DNA from: an uncultured Verrucomicrobiae bacterium
Lineage (GTDB): Bacteria; Verrucomicrobiota; Verrucomicrobiia; Palsa-1439
Assembly (NCBI GenBank): GCA_963812605.1
Contig: CAWEWF010000008.1
Span: forward strand, 32,001 to 96,000
DNA: 64,000 nt
Direction: 5' to 3'
The number at the start of each line of letters is the position of its first letter. Position 1 is the stretch's first letter. Shown one piece after another: positions 30,663 to 41,007 of the stretch. The notes beneath the pieces were generated by a model, which saw only the letters and a program-made list of their open reading frames with translations, did no database searches and was not told where the DNA came from. The translations under genes and the position numbers were made by a program.

Positions 30663-32642
30663 ATGACCATCGCGGCGAAACACGGGAAGTCGCATTTCAA
30701 GTTGGTTCTTCCGTCGGTCGTCTTCCTGGTGTCAGTGGTTTTATCAGGCTGCGCCAGCGGCCCCGTCTCGGGGCCAACGCCTTCTGCGACTGCGTCGCCC
30801 TTCATCAAGGTCGCCCGCACAAGCAACGGTTACTTCTTCCAGCGCGGCACGAATCTCTTTTATTCGCTGGGCGTCTGCGTGGTCATTCCCGAGGAAACCT
30901 GGCCGGATCAGCCCGAATTCGCGAAGCGAAAAGCCCTGGGCTCCTATGATGGTCTCCGCCGTTTCGGCTCCGACACCCAGGCGTGGGCGCGCGCCACCGT
31001 TACGCGATTGGAATCGTGGGGATTCAATACCGCCGGCGCTTGGTGCAGCGAGGACCTGTACCAACAGCCGATGTATCACGCGCGGGTGGTGTGGTTTTCC
31101 CAGCCAGGCCCCAATGAAGACCGCCTCATTGATGTCTTCACCACTGATTACGAAAAGGCGATCGAGCAAGTGGCCCTCGAGCAGGTGGCGCCGCACAAAG
31201 ACGATCGCTGGTTGATCGGCTGGTTCCTCAATAATGAATTGCCCTGGTATGGTACCCACGGTTGGCCGGAAGATCCGAACCATTCTTTGTTCGACCGCTA
31301 CCTCGCCCTGCCCGCCAGCGCGCCGGGTCGGGTGGAGTTGATTCGCTTTCTTCATGAACAGTACGCGGACATCGCCGCCTTGAAGGCCGAGTGGGATACA
31401 CCGGCGAACACATGGGCAGACCTGGAGAATCGTTCCGTCCTGCCCCCCAAAAGCCGCGCGGCCAAACGCCTGAAATATGCGTGGGCCGGACGGGTTGCGG
31501 ACCGCTATTTCTCGATGTGTGTTGCCAGCATCCGGCGTCATGATTCGAATCATCTGATCCTCGGCTGCCGCTTTGCCGTCAAACCGCCGCGAGCGGTCGT
31601 CGAGGCGCTCGCGAAGTACACCGATGTCGTCAGCGTGAACATGTACTCGAAAAGTGGCAAAGTGGATCTCGGATACCTGCGCGATGTTTACGCGCTGACA
31701 AAAAAACCCGTCTTGATCACCGAGTTTTCCTGGCGCGCCACGGAAAACAGTTCGGGCGATACGAATACCGAAGGGGCCGAAGTCACCGTGGATACGCAAG
31801 CGGACCGCGCCGAACGCTATCGCGCCTTCGTCAGCACCATTGCCCAGGAGCCGTACATCATGGGCTCACACTGGTTTCAATATATGGATCAGCCCCCCGC
31901 CGGCCGCTGGATTGATGGTGAAAATTCCAATTACGGGATCGTGGACATTCATGACCAGCCCTACGAGAAACTGGTCGCGGCCATGACGGAAACCCATCAA
32001 CTGCTTCCGTCGATCCTGGGCGCCCGCGCCAACAGCTTGCCGGTTTCCTTCGACGAAGAGGCTTGGGGAGAATTTCTCACTGCTCGTGTTGCTCCGGGGC
32101 AGTTGACCGCCCCCGTGCAAATGGAACCGGGCAAAGGCCCCTTGCCAGCCGACCAACTGGTGGTTCATCAGGATGACACGCAGGGGAACAAAGGCTCGTG
32201 GGAGCAAACGCAGGATGCCTGGATCCTCACCTATGAGACGGCGAATGGGTGGGGGCTGCATGGCGATTTGCCGTTGGAACAACTTAATTTGCTGGGAGCG
32301 CAAACTCTGGAGGTCGAATTTGAAGCTCCCGCCGGCCTGCAAGTGCAGGTGTTGCTCCAGGAAACCGGCGATGGTCCGCCGGGGCATCAGGTCTACGAAG
32401 GAAAACGCGGTGCCGACGGCGAGTCCTACGAACTCCCGCAATTCACCGCCACGGGCAGTCGGCAGGTCGTGCGTCTTCGCTTGGGCGATGCGGAACGTCG
32501 AATCTACTGGGGCAATCAGGGCGGCAACATGGTTCTCGACACCCAGGGATTGAGGGCGATTAGTTTCCTCATTCGCAGCGGACAGGGAAAAGGACAGCTA
32601 CGAATCTACCGCGTTGGCTTTGTTGGCGCTGGACAGGAATAA
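30663..32642 (+). CDS. GH50-like (clan GH-A) glycoside hydrolase lipoprotein with C-terminal beta-sandwich
   Basis: Lipobox VLSG-C; RLESWGFNT.GAW, NNELPW, ILGCRF, ITEFS, HWFQYMDQP..GR..DGENSNYG. Confidence 0.75.
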   Translation: MTIAAKHGKSHFKLVLPSVVFLVSVVLSGCASGPVSGPTPSATASPFIKVARTSNGYFFQRGTNLFYSLGVCVVIPEETWPDQPEFAKRKALGSYDGLRRFGSDTQAWARATVTRLESWGFNTAGAWCSEDLYQQPMYHARVVWFSQPGPNEDRLIDVFTTDYEKAIEQVALEQVAPHKDDRWLIGWFLNNELPWYGTHGWPEDPNHSLFDRYLALPASAPGRVELIRFLHEQYADIAALKAEWDTPANTWADLENRSVLPPKSRAAKRLKYAWAGRVADRYFSMCVASIRRHDSNHLILGCRFAVKPPRAVVEALAKYTDVVSVNMYSKSGKVDLGYLRDVYALTKKPVLITEFSWRATENSSGDTNTEGAEVTVDTQADRAERYRAFVSTIAQEPYIMGSHWFQYMDQPPAGRWIDGENSNYGIVDIHDQPYEKLVAAMTETHQLLPSILGARANSLPVSFDEEAWGEFLTARVAPGQLTAPVQMEPGKGPLPADQLVVHQDDTQGNKGSWEQTQDAWILTYETANGWGLHGDLPLEQLNLLGAQTLEVEFEAPAGLQVQVLLQETGDGPPGHQVYEGKRGADGESYELPQFTATGSRQVVRLRLGDAERRIYWGNQGGNMVLDTQGLRAISFLIRSGQGKGQLRIYRVGFVGAGQE

Positions 32643-32645
32643 CGG

Positions 32646-34100
32646 ATGGCTCTTCTGAGATCGCTGAAACAATTACGCGCAGGCTTGCTTCGAGGACTCT
32701 GGCCCTTTCTGGCCGGGCTTTGCCTCCTGCCGCTTTGCGGCTGCAGCCGAACCGGCCGGGAGAGGACCGCCGACGGTCGAATCATTGTTCAGTATTGGGA
32801 GAAATGGACGGGCTTCGAGGACGACGCCATGCAGGCCGTGGTGGACGATTTCAATGCGTCGCAAAATCGCATCTTCGTCAAGAAACTCGTCGTGAGCGAA
32901 ATGCTCCGCAAGGTGATGCTGGCCACCGCGGGCGGCAATCCGCCCGACGTCGCGGGCATCTGGTCGAGCAACATCCCCGACTTCGCCGAAAAAGGCGCGC
33001 TGACGCCGCTCAACAAAATGATCGATCGCGCCGGTATCAAGTCCACGGACTACATCCCGATCTATTGGGAACAGTGCGGTTTCCATGGCTTCATGTGGGC
33101 CTTGCCGAGCACGCCGGTCTCTCTCGGCTTGCACTGGAACAAAAAATTGTTCCGTGATGCCGGGCTCGATCCGAATCGGCCGCCACAGAGTATGGATGAA
33201 CTCGATGCGATTTGCGACCGACTCACGATCGTGGAGATCGATCGCGGCGGCAAAACTGTCCGTGTCCGTTATCCGGAGCTGACCGCCGCGGAAAAACAGG
33301 CGAAAAAATTCACCTTGGTGCAGGTCGGTCATCTGCCAACACAACCCGGTTGGTGGATCGCCATGTGGGTGAATTGGTTCGGAGGGCGCTTATGGGACGG
33401 CGACCGGAAAATCACCGCGAACAGCCCGGAAAACCTCGAAACCTTCGAGTGGTTCCGCAAAACCACCGACAAATATGGCATCGATAATCTCCGCCGGTTC
33501 GGCGCCACCTTTGGAAATTTCGCCTCGCCCCAGGACCCTTTCCTCGCGGGACAGGTGGCGATGGAATTGCAGGGCGTTTGGATGTACAACTTCATCAGCA
33601 AGTACAACCCGCAATTGGAATGGGGCGCGGCGCCGTTTCCCGCCAAACATCCCGATCAATATCCCGTGACCTTTGCCGAGTGCGACGCGCTGGTGATCCC
33701 GAAGGGCGCCCTGCACCCGAAAGAAGCTTTCGAGTTCATTCACTACATCAACACGCAAGGGCCGATGGAAAAACTCTGTCTCGGACACCGCAAATTCAGC
33801 CCCTTTGTGAAAATCAGCGACGAGTTTATCCGCAACCATCCAAACCCGTACATCAAGGTCTTCATCGACATGGCGAAGAGCCCCAATGCGCGATACGTGC
33901 CGCGCCTGACAGTCTGGAATGAGTATAACGATGAAATGACCGTGGCCGCCAATCGCGTTATTACACTGGTGGCGAACCCGAAAGATGCCCTCGACCAGGT
34001 GCAAACGCGCATTCAGTGGCGGTTCGACCGCGTCGCGCGGCGCTGGGATGCGGTAAAGGATGAGCGCATCAAGGAGTGGAACGACTATGACCCGCGCTGA
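32646..34100 (+). CDS. Carbohydrate ABC transporter solute-binding lipoprotein (family 1)
   Basis: LCG-C lipobox; GGNPPDV, WNKKLF..AGLD, F.AGQVAM..QGVW. Confidence 0.92.
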   Translation: MALLRSLKQLRAGLLRGLWPFLAGLCLLPLCGCSRTGRERTADGRIIVQYWEKWTGFEDDAMQAVVDDFNASQNRIFVKKLVVSEMLRKVMLATAGGNPPDVAGIWSSNIPDFAEKGALTPLNKMIDRAGIKSTDYIPIYWEQCGFHGFMWALPSTPVSLGLHWNKKLFRDAGLDPNRPPQSMDELDAICDRLTIVEIDRGGKTVRVRYPELTAAEKQAKKFTLVQVGHLPTQPGWWIAMWVNWFGGRLWDGDRKITANSPENLETFEWFRKTTDKYGIDNLRRFGATFGNFASPQDPFLAGQVAMELQGVWMYNFISKYNPQLEWGAAPFPAKHPDQYPVTFAECDALVIPKGALHPKEAFEFIHYINTQGPMEKLCLGHRKFSPFVKISDEFIRNHPNPYIKVFIDMAKSPNARYVPRLTVWNEYNDEMTVAANRVITLVANPKDALDQVQTRIQWRFDRVARRWDAVKDERIKEWNDYDPR

Positions 34101-35007
34101 AAGACGTAACCTGCGTATCGGCCTGGCGTTCGTCAGTCCCTGGATCATCGGTTTTCTCGCGTTCACTCTCTATCCCGTTCTCGCCTCGGTCTATTATTCG
34201 TTCTGTGATTACGACGTGCTGACGAGACCGATTTGGGTTGGCACGCTGAATTACCACGACCTGTTCACCGACAGCGTGTTCTGGAAGTCGCTTTACAACA
34301 CGTTCTACTTTGCCGCGTTCGTGCTGCCGCTGGGGCTGGTCATCTCGCTTTTCGTGGCCGTGCTGCTGAATCAATCCCTGCAGGGTCGGTCAATCTTTCG
34401 CGCCATCTTTTTCCTGCCGTCGCTGGTCCCCATTGTTGCCAGCTCGATGGTCTGGTTTTGGATTCTGAACGGCAATTTCGGCATCCTCAATTACGCCCTG
34501 CACTGGTTCCACATCCGCGGCCCGCAATGGCTGGCCGATGAAAAATGGACCAAGCCGTCGGTGGTCCTGATGACACTCTGGGGCTGCGGCAACACCATGG
34601 TCATCTACCTCGCCGCGCTCCAGGACGTGCCCCGTTCACTGTACGAGTCCGCCGAGATCGATGGCGCCAATCCCTGGGTGAAATTCCGTTATATCACCAT
34701 TCCCATGATTTCGCCCGTCATTTACTTCAACCTCATCATGGGGATCATTGGCTCGTTGCAGGTGTTCGCCCAGGCCTACATCATGTTCAGCGGCGGCATG
34801 CTGGGCGGCGCGGGCGTCGCCACCAGCGCGGGCGGACCGAACCGCTCCGCGTTGTTCTATACGGTGTACCTGTACCAATGCGCGTTTGATTTTCACCAGA
34901 TGGGTTACGCCTGCGCGATGGCCTGGATCCTGTTTCTCATCATCCTGTTCCTGACCTGGGTCGCGACGCGTTCGACCCGCAAGCTCATTTTCTACGCGGG
35001 AGAATAA
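34087..35007 (+). CDS. Carbohydrate ABC transporter permease (MalF-like)
   Basis: FVSPWIIGF, LYESAEIDGA EAA loop, MGYACAMAW. Confidence 0.93.
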   Translation: MTRAERRNLRIGLAFVSPWIIGFLAFTLYPVLASVYYSFCDYDVLTRPIWVGTLNYHDLFTDSVFWKSLYNTFYFAAFVLPLGLVISLFVAVLLNQSLQGRSIFRAIFFLPSLVPIVASSMVWFWILNGNFGILNYALHWFHIRGPQWLADEKWTKPSVVLMTLWGCGNTMVIYLAALQDVPRSLYESAEIDGANPWVKFRYITIPMISPVIYFNLIMGIIGSLQVFAQAYIMFSGGMLGGAGVATSAGGPNRSALFYTVYLYQCAFDFHQMGYACAMAWILFLIILFLTWVATRSTRKLIFYAGE

Positions 35008-35010
35008 CTC

Positions 35011-36138
35011 ATGCGCAGCCTACAACGCTTTTTCACCTATCTCCTGCTCCTGCTCGGCTCGATCACGTTTCTGGCCCCGCTGCTCTGGATGCTTTCCACC
35101 GGGTTGAAGCCGATCGATCAAACGATGACCATGCCGCCAAGCTGGATTCCCTACAAGTATTTCGTCGAGAAAGACGGTACTCGACTCGAAGTCAAGCCCG
35201 GCGCGCCGATCAACGTCCCCTCGTACGTCGTGGCGATCGAGGGCGAGCGGCATGTTGTCTCACGCACCAGCGTCGTGAATGGCCAGATGAAGCAGCAAAT
35301 GCCCAATGGCGAAGAGAAATCCGTGCCCGTCCAGATTCTCCAGGAAATCCCCGCCGACGCGCAACATCTATGGACGACGATCACGCCGCTGGCCAGCACC
35401 AATGACGCGTCCGCGTGGGAAGCGCTGCCAGCAGCATCCGTCATCAAGAAAGTTGCGCCGCGCTGGAGCAACTTCATCGAAGCCATCAAGGCCATGAAAC
35501 AGTTCCCGCGTTACCTGAGAAATACGCTAATTCTGTGCGTGCTGACAGTAATCGGGACGGTCACATCCAGCGCGCTCACAGCCTACGGCTTCTCGCGCAT
35601 CGAATGGCGCGGGCGCAATACTCTGTTTATGATCGCCCTGGCTACAATGATGGTGCCCTTTCCCGTCACGATGGTCCCGTTGTATTGCCTGTTCCGCTGG
35701 CTCGGCTGGATCGGCACCTTGAAACCTTTGTGGGTCGGTTCGTTTTTCGCGGGGGCCTTCAACGTGTTTCTGTTGCGGCAGTTTTTCATGACCCTGCCGA
35801 AGGACATCTCCGAGGCCGCGCGCATCGATGGCTGCAGCGAGTTTCGCATCTTCTGGCAGATCGTCCTGCCCTTGTGCCGTCCCGCGTTGATGGTGGTCGC
35901 GCTGTTTCAATTCATGTACACGTGGAATGACTTCATCGGCCCCTTGATTTACCTCACCAACCAGGAGGATTTCACGCTCGCGTTGGGGTTGCAATTCTTC
36001 CAAAGCCAGAGCGGGGGCACGGAATGGCACTACCTGATGGCCGCGAGCACCCTGGTGGCCTTGCCCATCATCGTGTTGTTCTTCTTCACGCAGAAGACCT
36101 TCATCGAAGGAATCTCGATGACCGGCATCAAGGGCTGA
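35011..36138 (+). CDS. Carbohydrate ABC transporter permease (MalG-like) with about 100-aa extracytoplasmic insertion
   Basis: EAARIDGC, WNDFIGPLIY, QKTFIEGI. Confidence 0.92.
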   Translation: MRSLQRFFTYLLLLLGSITFLAPLLWMLSTGLKPIDQTMTMPPSWIPYKYFVEKDGTRLEVKPGAPINVPSYVVAIEGERHVVSRTSVVNGQMKQQMPNGEEKSVPVQILQEIPADAQHLWTTITPLASTNDASAWEALPAASVIKKVAPRWSNFIEAIKAMKQFPRYLRNTLILCVLTVIGTVTSSALTAYGFSRIEWRGRNTLFMIALATMMVPFPVTMVPLYCLFRWLGWIGTLKPLWVGSFFAGAFNVFLLRQFFMTLPKDISEAARIDGCSEFRIFWQIVLPLCRPALMVVALFQFMYTWNDFIGPLIYLTNQEDFTLALGLQFFQSQSGGTEWHYLMAASTLVALPIIVLFFFTQKTFIEGISMTGIKG

Positions 36139-36149
36139 AGCCCGCGCGC

Positions 36150-37505
36150 TTACGCGGGCTGCCAAAGATATGTTGAAATCGAATGGGCGGGTGTCACGCT
36201 GTTGCCGGCGCGATCCGGAAGTCTCAGGGAAAACTTGCGTTCCTCATCGGTCCGATTCAATACGACCACGACAACACTCTCGTCGGGATTCCGAAACGCT
36301 GTGACCTGGAGATCTTCGCGGGTGCTCGCGCAGAGAATCCTCGCGGCGCCCGGACGAATGAAACGGCAGAAGTGTCCGAGGTAGTAATAGGAACTCTGGA
36401 AAATGAGGCGGCCGTTCACGGTGTCGGCAAGGATCGGCGCGCTGCAGAAATTGCCGGCGTGGTTGGGCCCGCCGGTTTCATCCAGCAGCATGTTCCAATC
36501 GATCCAACCAACGGTCCAACGGTTCAGGTCGTTGATGATCTCATGGCCGTAGCGCTCCCCCACGTCCCAGGAACCCAGGTGCGGGCCGCCTTCCTGGCAG
36601 CCTTCGGTAAAGATAAGCTTTTTGTCCGGCCAGGCTTCGTGGGCCAATTGGAGGTTGTCGAATTTCTCCGGACCGTACCAGTGAAAAGCCGCGCCCCAGA
36701 TGTACCGACTGGCTTCAGGATCGTTGTAGGCCACCCGGACCCGCTCGATCAGTAGATCCCGGTTATGGTCCCAGATAATGATCTTGATGCGTTCCAAGCC
36801 GGCTTTCTGCAATGTCGGCCCCAGGTAATCACGGACAAAATCCCGCTCTTCCTCGGCGCTATAGAGGCAGGAATCCCAAACCTGCGCGGCCGCCGGTTCA
36901 TTCTGGACCGTCACCCCCCAGATCGGCACGCCTTCCTTCTCGTATTCACAAATAAAGCGGACGAAGTAATTGGCCCACGCCTGCCGATATTCGGGCTTCA
37001 ATTTTCCGCCGCCGCTGAACTGCCCATTGGTCTTCATCCACGCGGGCGGGCTCCACGGCGAGACCAGGATCTTGAGCGATTCGTTCGCCGTTTTTTGGGC
37101 TTCCTTGATCATCGGCAGGAGCGCCTGGCGGTCGCGCTCGATGGAGAAATGCTTCAACTCCACATCGCCATCCACCTCGGTACAGGCATAGTGTCCCAGC
37201 GAGAAATCGCAACTATTCATGTGGGTGCGACAGAGAGAGTAGCCATGCCCTTCGGTGGGGTGAAAATAAGCCTTAAAAAACTGTTCCCGGTGTTCTTTGG
37301 GCATCCGTGACAAACTGACCGCGCTGGCCTCCGTGAACGCCCCGCCAAAACCCTCAATCTTTTGAAAACGTTTGCTGGGATCAATTGAGATGGATGGCAG
37401 GCACGGGTCGGGACTTTCGTCCAGAAGAACAGGACTCTTTTCGGCCATGCGGTCCTTGCTGGCCTTGGCGGTCATATAATGACGGAGAAATCTGCCTGTG
37501 ATCAT
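36150..37505 (-). CDS. GH30 glycoside hydrolase (glucosylceramidase/beta-1,6-glucosidase-like), no signal peptide
   Basis: GFGGAFTE, SCDFS, SPWSPPAWMKTN, VQNEP (acid/base), FTEGC (nucleophile), GGPNH. Confidence 0.93.
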   Translation of the reverse strand: MITGRFLRHYMTAKASKDRMAEKSPVLLDESPDPCLPSISIDPSKRFQKIEGFGGAFTEASAVSLSRMPKEHREQFFKAYFHPTEGHGYSLCRTHMNSCDFSLGHYACTEVDGDVELKHFSIERDRQALLPMIKEAQKTANESLKILVSPWSPPAWMKTNGQFSGGGKLKPEYRQAWANYFVRFICEYEKEGVPIWGVTVQNEPAAAQVWDSCLYSAEEERDFVRDYLGPTLQKAGLERIKIIIWDHNRDLLIERVRVAYNDPEASRYIWGAAFHWYGPEKFDNLQLAHEAWPDKKLIFTEGCQEGGPHLGSWDVGERYGHEIINDLNRWTVGWIDWNMLLDETGGPNHAGNFCSAPILADTVNGRLIFQSSYYYLGHFCRFIRPGAARILCASTREDLQVTAFRNPDESVVVVVLNRTDEERKFSLRLPDRAGNSVTPAHSISTYLWQPA

Positions 37506-37563
37506 ATGTTACCACCCCAAAATCCGTATTGCTTATAGCACGGATATCGGCGAAAGAAAAGGG

Positions 37564-37582
37564 TATAATGCAAATGATTGCA
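37564..37582 (+). promoter_or_regulatory. -10 box plus operator O5 (37569-37582) between divergent GH30 and GH149 genes
   Basis: TATAAT overlapping TGCAAATGATTGCA, the exact reverse complement of O2/O4. Confidence 0.8.
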
Positions 37583-37593
37583 GGACGCGTCCA

Positions 37594-40500
37594 ATGACAA
37601 ATCCAAAATCCTTCTTCGTCGTGAACACGGCTTCCGACTCAGCGACGCGGAGCGAGTTTGTAACAGTCGATGGTGAGCCCTATATCTGCATCCGTCACGT
37701 CGACCAACTTAACTCCCTTTCTGATGAGCGTGGTCAGCGACAGCGATCACTGGTTGTTCGTCGGCAGCAACGCGCCCTTCACCGCCGGGCGCATCGATCC
37801 CGACAACGCGCTCTTCCCCTACCAGACCGTCGACAAGATTCTGCGGCATCCTGACACCAGCGGCGCGTTGACGGTCCTGCTCGTTCGCGCAGGCGAGCGC
37901 TGGGCGCTGTGGGAACCCTGGCAGGCGAGCGGGCGTATTTATCGCATTGACCGCCATCTTTACAAGCACATCCACGGCGCCAGCGTGATCTTCGAGGAAA
38001 TTAACCACGACCTCGGCCTGCGATTCCGTTGGAGCCTTGGCGCCTGCGAGCCGTACGGATTCGTCCGTGAATGCCTGATCGAGCGCCTCGACAATAACGT
38101 TCCCGTCGAGGTGCGATACCTCGACGGCTGGCACCAGTTGCTTCCGCCGGGTGTTGATCAGGAAACCTTCGGCCGCTTCAGCTATCTCGCGGAAGCCTAT
38201 ATGCGCCATGAATGCGTGAACGAAGAATCCCTCGGCATCTTCACGCTCAATGCGGCGATTACCGACCGGGCTGAAGCCTGCGAATCCTTGCGCGCCGCTT
38301 GCGCCTGGTCGATCGGCCACGCTCATCCCGTCGTCCTCTTGTCGAAGCGACAAGTACCGGCGTTCTGTCGCGGAGAACTTGTCGACCCGGAGCGCGAGAT
38401 CCGTGGCGAATTCGGCGCCTACCTCGTGGTCGACAGCGCAACCGTCGCCCCCGGCCATCCGCACCGCTGGTTCACAGTCGCCGACACCAGGCTCGATCAT
38501 CCAGCGCTCGTGCGTCTCCGGGACCAATTGAAGGACCCGGTTGCCCTCGAACATTCCCTGCGCCAAAGTCTCGCGGCCAACCGCAGCGGCCTGCGTCGCC
38601 GTATCGCCGCCGCCGATGGGCTGCAGCAAACCGCCGATCAATCGGCCAGCGTCCATCATTTTGCCAACGTGCTGTTCAATTGCATGCGCGGCGGCACCTT
38701 CAATAATTCGTACCGTTTTCCCGGCAAGGATTTCGCGGCGTTCGTTCGCGCGCACAGCGCCACCGTGTACGCGAGCCATCAACCATGGCTGGAAAAGTTA
38801 CCGGAATCGCTGGCGCTGGATCAACTCCACCAGGAGGTCGCGAAGCGCGATGATGTCCACCTGTCACGGCTGGCGCATGAGTATTTGCCGCTGAGCTTCA
38901 GCCGTCGCCACGGCGACCCGAGCCGTCCCTGGAATCGATTCGACATCCACATCAAGGACGAACAAGGCCGTCCGCTTTACGCCTATCAGGGCAACTGGCG
39001 TGACATTTTCCAGAATTGGGAGAGCCTCGCGCAGAGCTATCCCGCCTGGCTCGGACAGATGATTCATGTATTCCTTAATGCTTCGACGGCAGACGGTTAC
39101 AACCCCTACCGGATCACGCGCAACGGCGTTGACTGGGAGATCAGCGACCCCAAGGATCCTTGGAGCCACATCGGCTATTGGGGCGACCATCAAATCATTT
39201 ACTTGCTGCGTCTGCTGGAAAGCCAGGAGCGATTTCAACCGGGACAATTGGCCGGCCAGCTCCGCGCCGAAACCTGCGTTTACACGCACGTGCCGTATGA
39301 AATCGACGGCTTCGACGAGATCGTCGCCGACCCGCAGCACACGATCACTTTCAATCATTCACTTCACCAACTCCTGATGTCGCGGACCCGGCAACTGGGC
39401 TGCCGATGGGAAACTGTTGACGGACGACCGCGGCGAGATCGTCCTGGTCTCGCTCGCGGAGAAACTGCTGGTGCCGCTCCTGGTCAAGCTCAGCAACTTC
39501 GTTCCCGATGGCGGCATCTGGCTCAACACGCAACGGCCCGAATGGAACGACGCCAACAACGCGCTCGCCGGCTGGGGCCTGTCCATGGTCACGGTCTGCC
39601 ACCTCCGCCGCTACCTGGCTTTCTGCGACCGGATTTTCTGCCGCCAGTGGAAACAAACCGGTCCCGCTCACCGCGCCCGTCGCCAAACTGCTCGCGGAGA
39701 TCACTTCCCTCCTGCGCGACGCCGCCAAAGAGGCCGCGCAGGGATTCGATGATTCGTCGCGCTTTCGGCTGATGGCCGCGCTGGGTCGCGCCGGTGAAAC
39801 CCATCGGCGCGCCATTTACAACGGCGGCAAGAACGACCGCAAGATCGTGCCGCTCGGCGCCTTGCGCGGGCTGGTTGAGGCGGCCTTGCCCGTGATTGAA
39901 TCGACCATTCGCAACAACCGGCGCCGCGACGGGCTCTTCCACAGCTATAACGTGCTCCACCTCGACGGCGACCGCGCGCGCGTGGCCCAGTTGTACCCGA
40001 TGTTGGAAGGCCAGGTCGCGGTGCTGGGTTCGGGCTTGCTGAAGCCCGCTGAAGCGTTGGCCGTATTGCGTGCCCTGCGCGCCAGCGCGCTTTATCGCGC
40101 CGACCAGCACAGCTATCTGCTTTACCCCGATCGCGAGTTGCCGTCGTTTCTTGCCCGCAACACGCTGCCGGGACATCCACCGCTGAAGGATCCTTCGCTT
40201 TTCGTTGCCGACGAACAGGGACAATGGCATTTCCAAGCGGACCTGCGCAGCGCCAGCGATGTTGCCAACCGCCTCGACCGTCTCCAAACGGACGAGGACA
40301 CGCGCAGGGTGGTGCTGGACTTGTGGGAAACCATGTTCCGCCACGGCGAATTCACGGGTCGCAGCGGCACTTTTTTTGCCTTCGAGGGTCTGGGCAGCAT
40401 TTACTGGCACATGGTCGTGAAACTCCTCCTGGCCGCGCAGGAATGCTACCGCGAAGCGCTCCGGGAAGGAACCGACCCCGACGTAACGAAAGCGTTGGCC

Positions 40501-41007
40501 GAGGCGTACGATGACGTGCGCCAGGGATTGGGTTTCTGCAAAACGCCGGACGCCTACGGCGCGTTCCCGACCGATCCGTATTCGCATTCCCCGCGACATC
40601 GGGGCGCTCAACAACCGGGCATGACCGGCCAGGTAAAAGAGGAAATCCTGACGCGCTGGGGCGAATTGGGCATCGCGATTGAGGACGGGCAACTGCGTTT
40701 CGCGCCGCGCCTGCTGCATCAAGCCGAGTTCTTCTCGTCGGCGCAACACTTCCTGTATCTCGACGTGCAAAACCGGGAGCAGTCCTGGGAGTTGGCCGCC
40801 CACAGCCTCGGTTTCACTTACTGTCAGTTACCGATCAGCTACCAGTTGGCCGATGCCCCCAGCCTTCTCGTCGAACGGGCGGACGGAACCCAGGAAACCA
40901 TTCGCGGCCATGCACTGACACCGGCCGATAGCGTCTCGGTCTTCATGCGTAGCGGAAAAATCTCCCGCCTCACCGTCCATATACCACGAACGGATTTACG
41001 ACCATGA
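37594..41007 (+). CDS. GH149-like beta-1,3-glucan phosphorylase (frame breaks near 37710, 39400, 39640)
   Basis: About 1135 aa joined; FLMSVVS.SDHW, RRHGDPSRPWN, YQGNWRDIFQNWE, GYWGDHQIIY, EGLGSIYWHM, TDPYSH, QPGMTGQVKE (motifs recalled from GH149). Confidence 0.72.
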
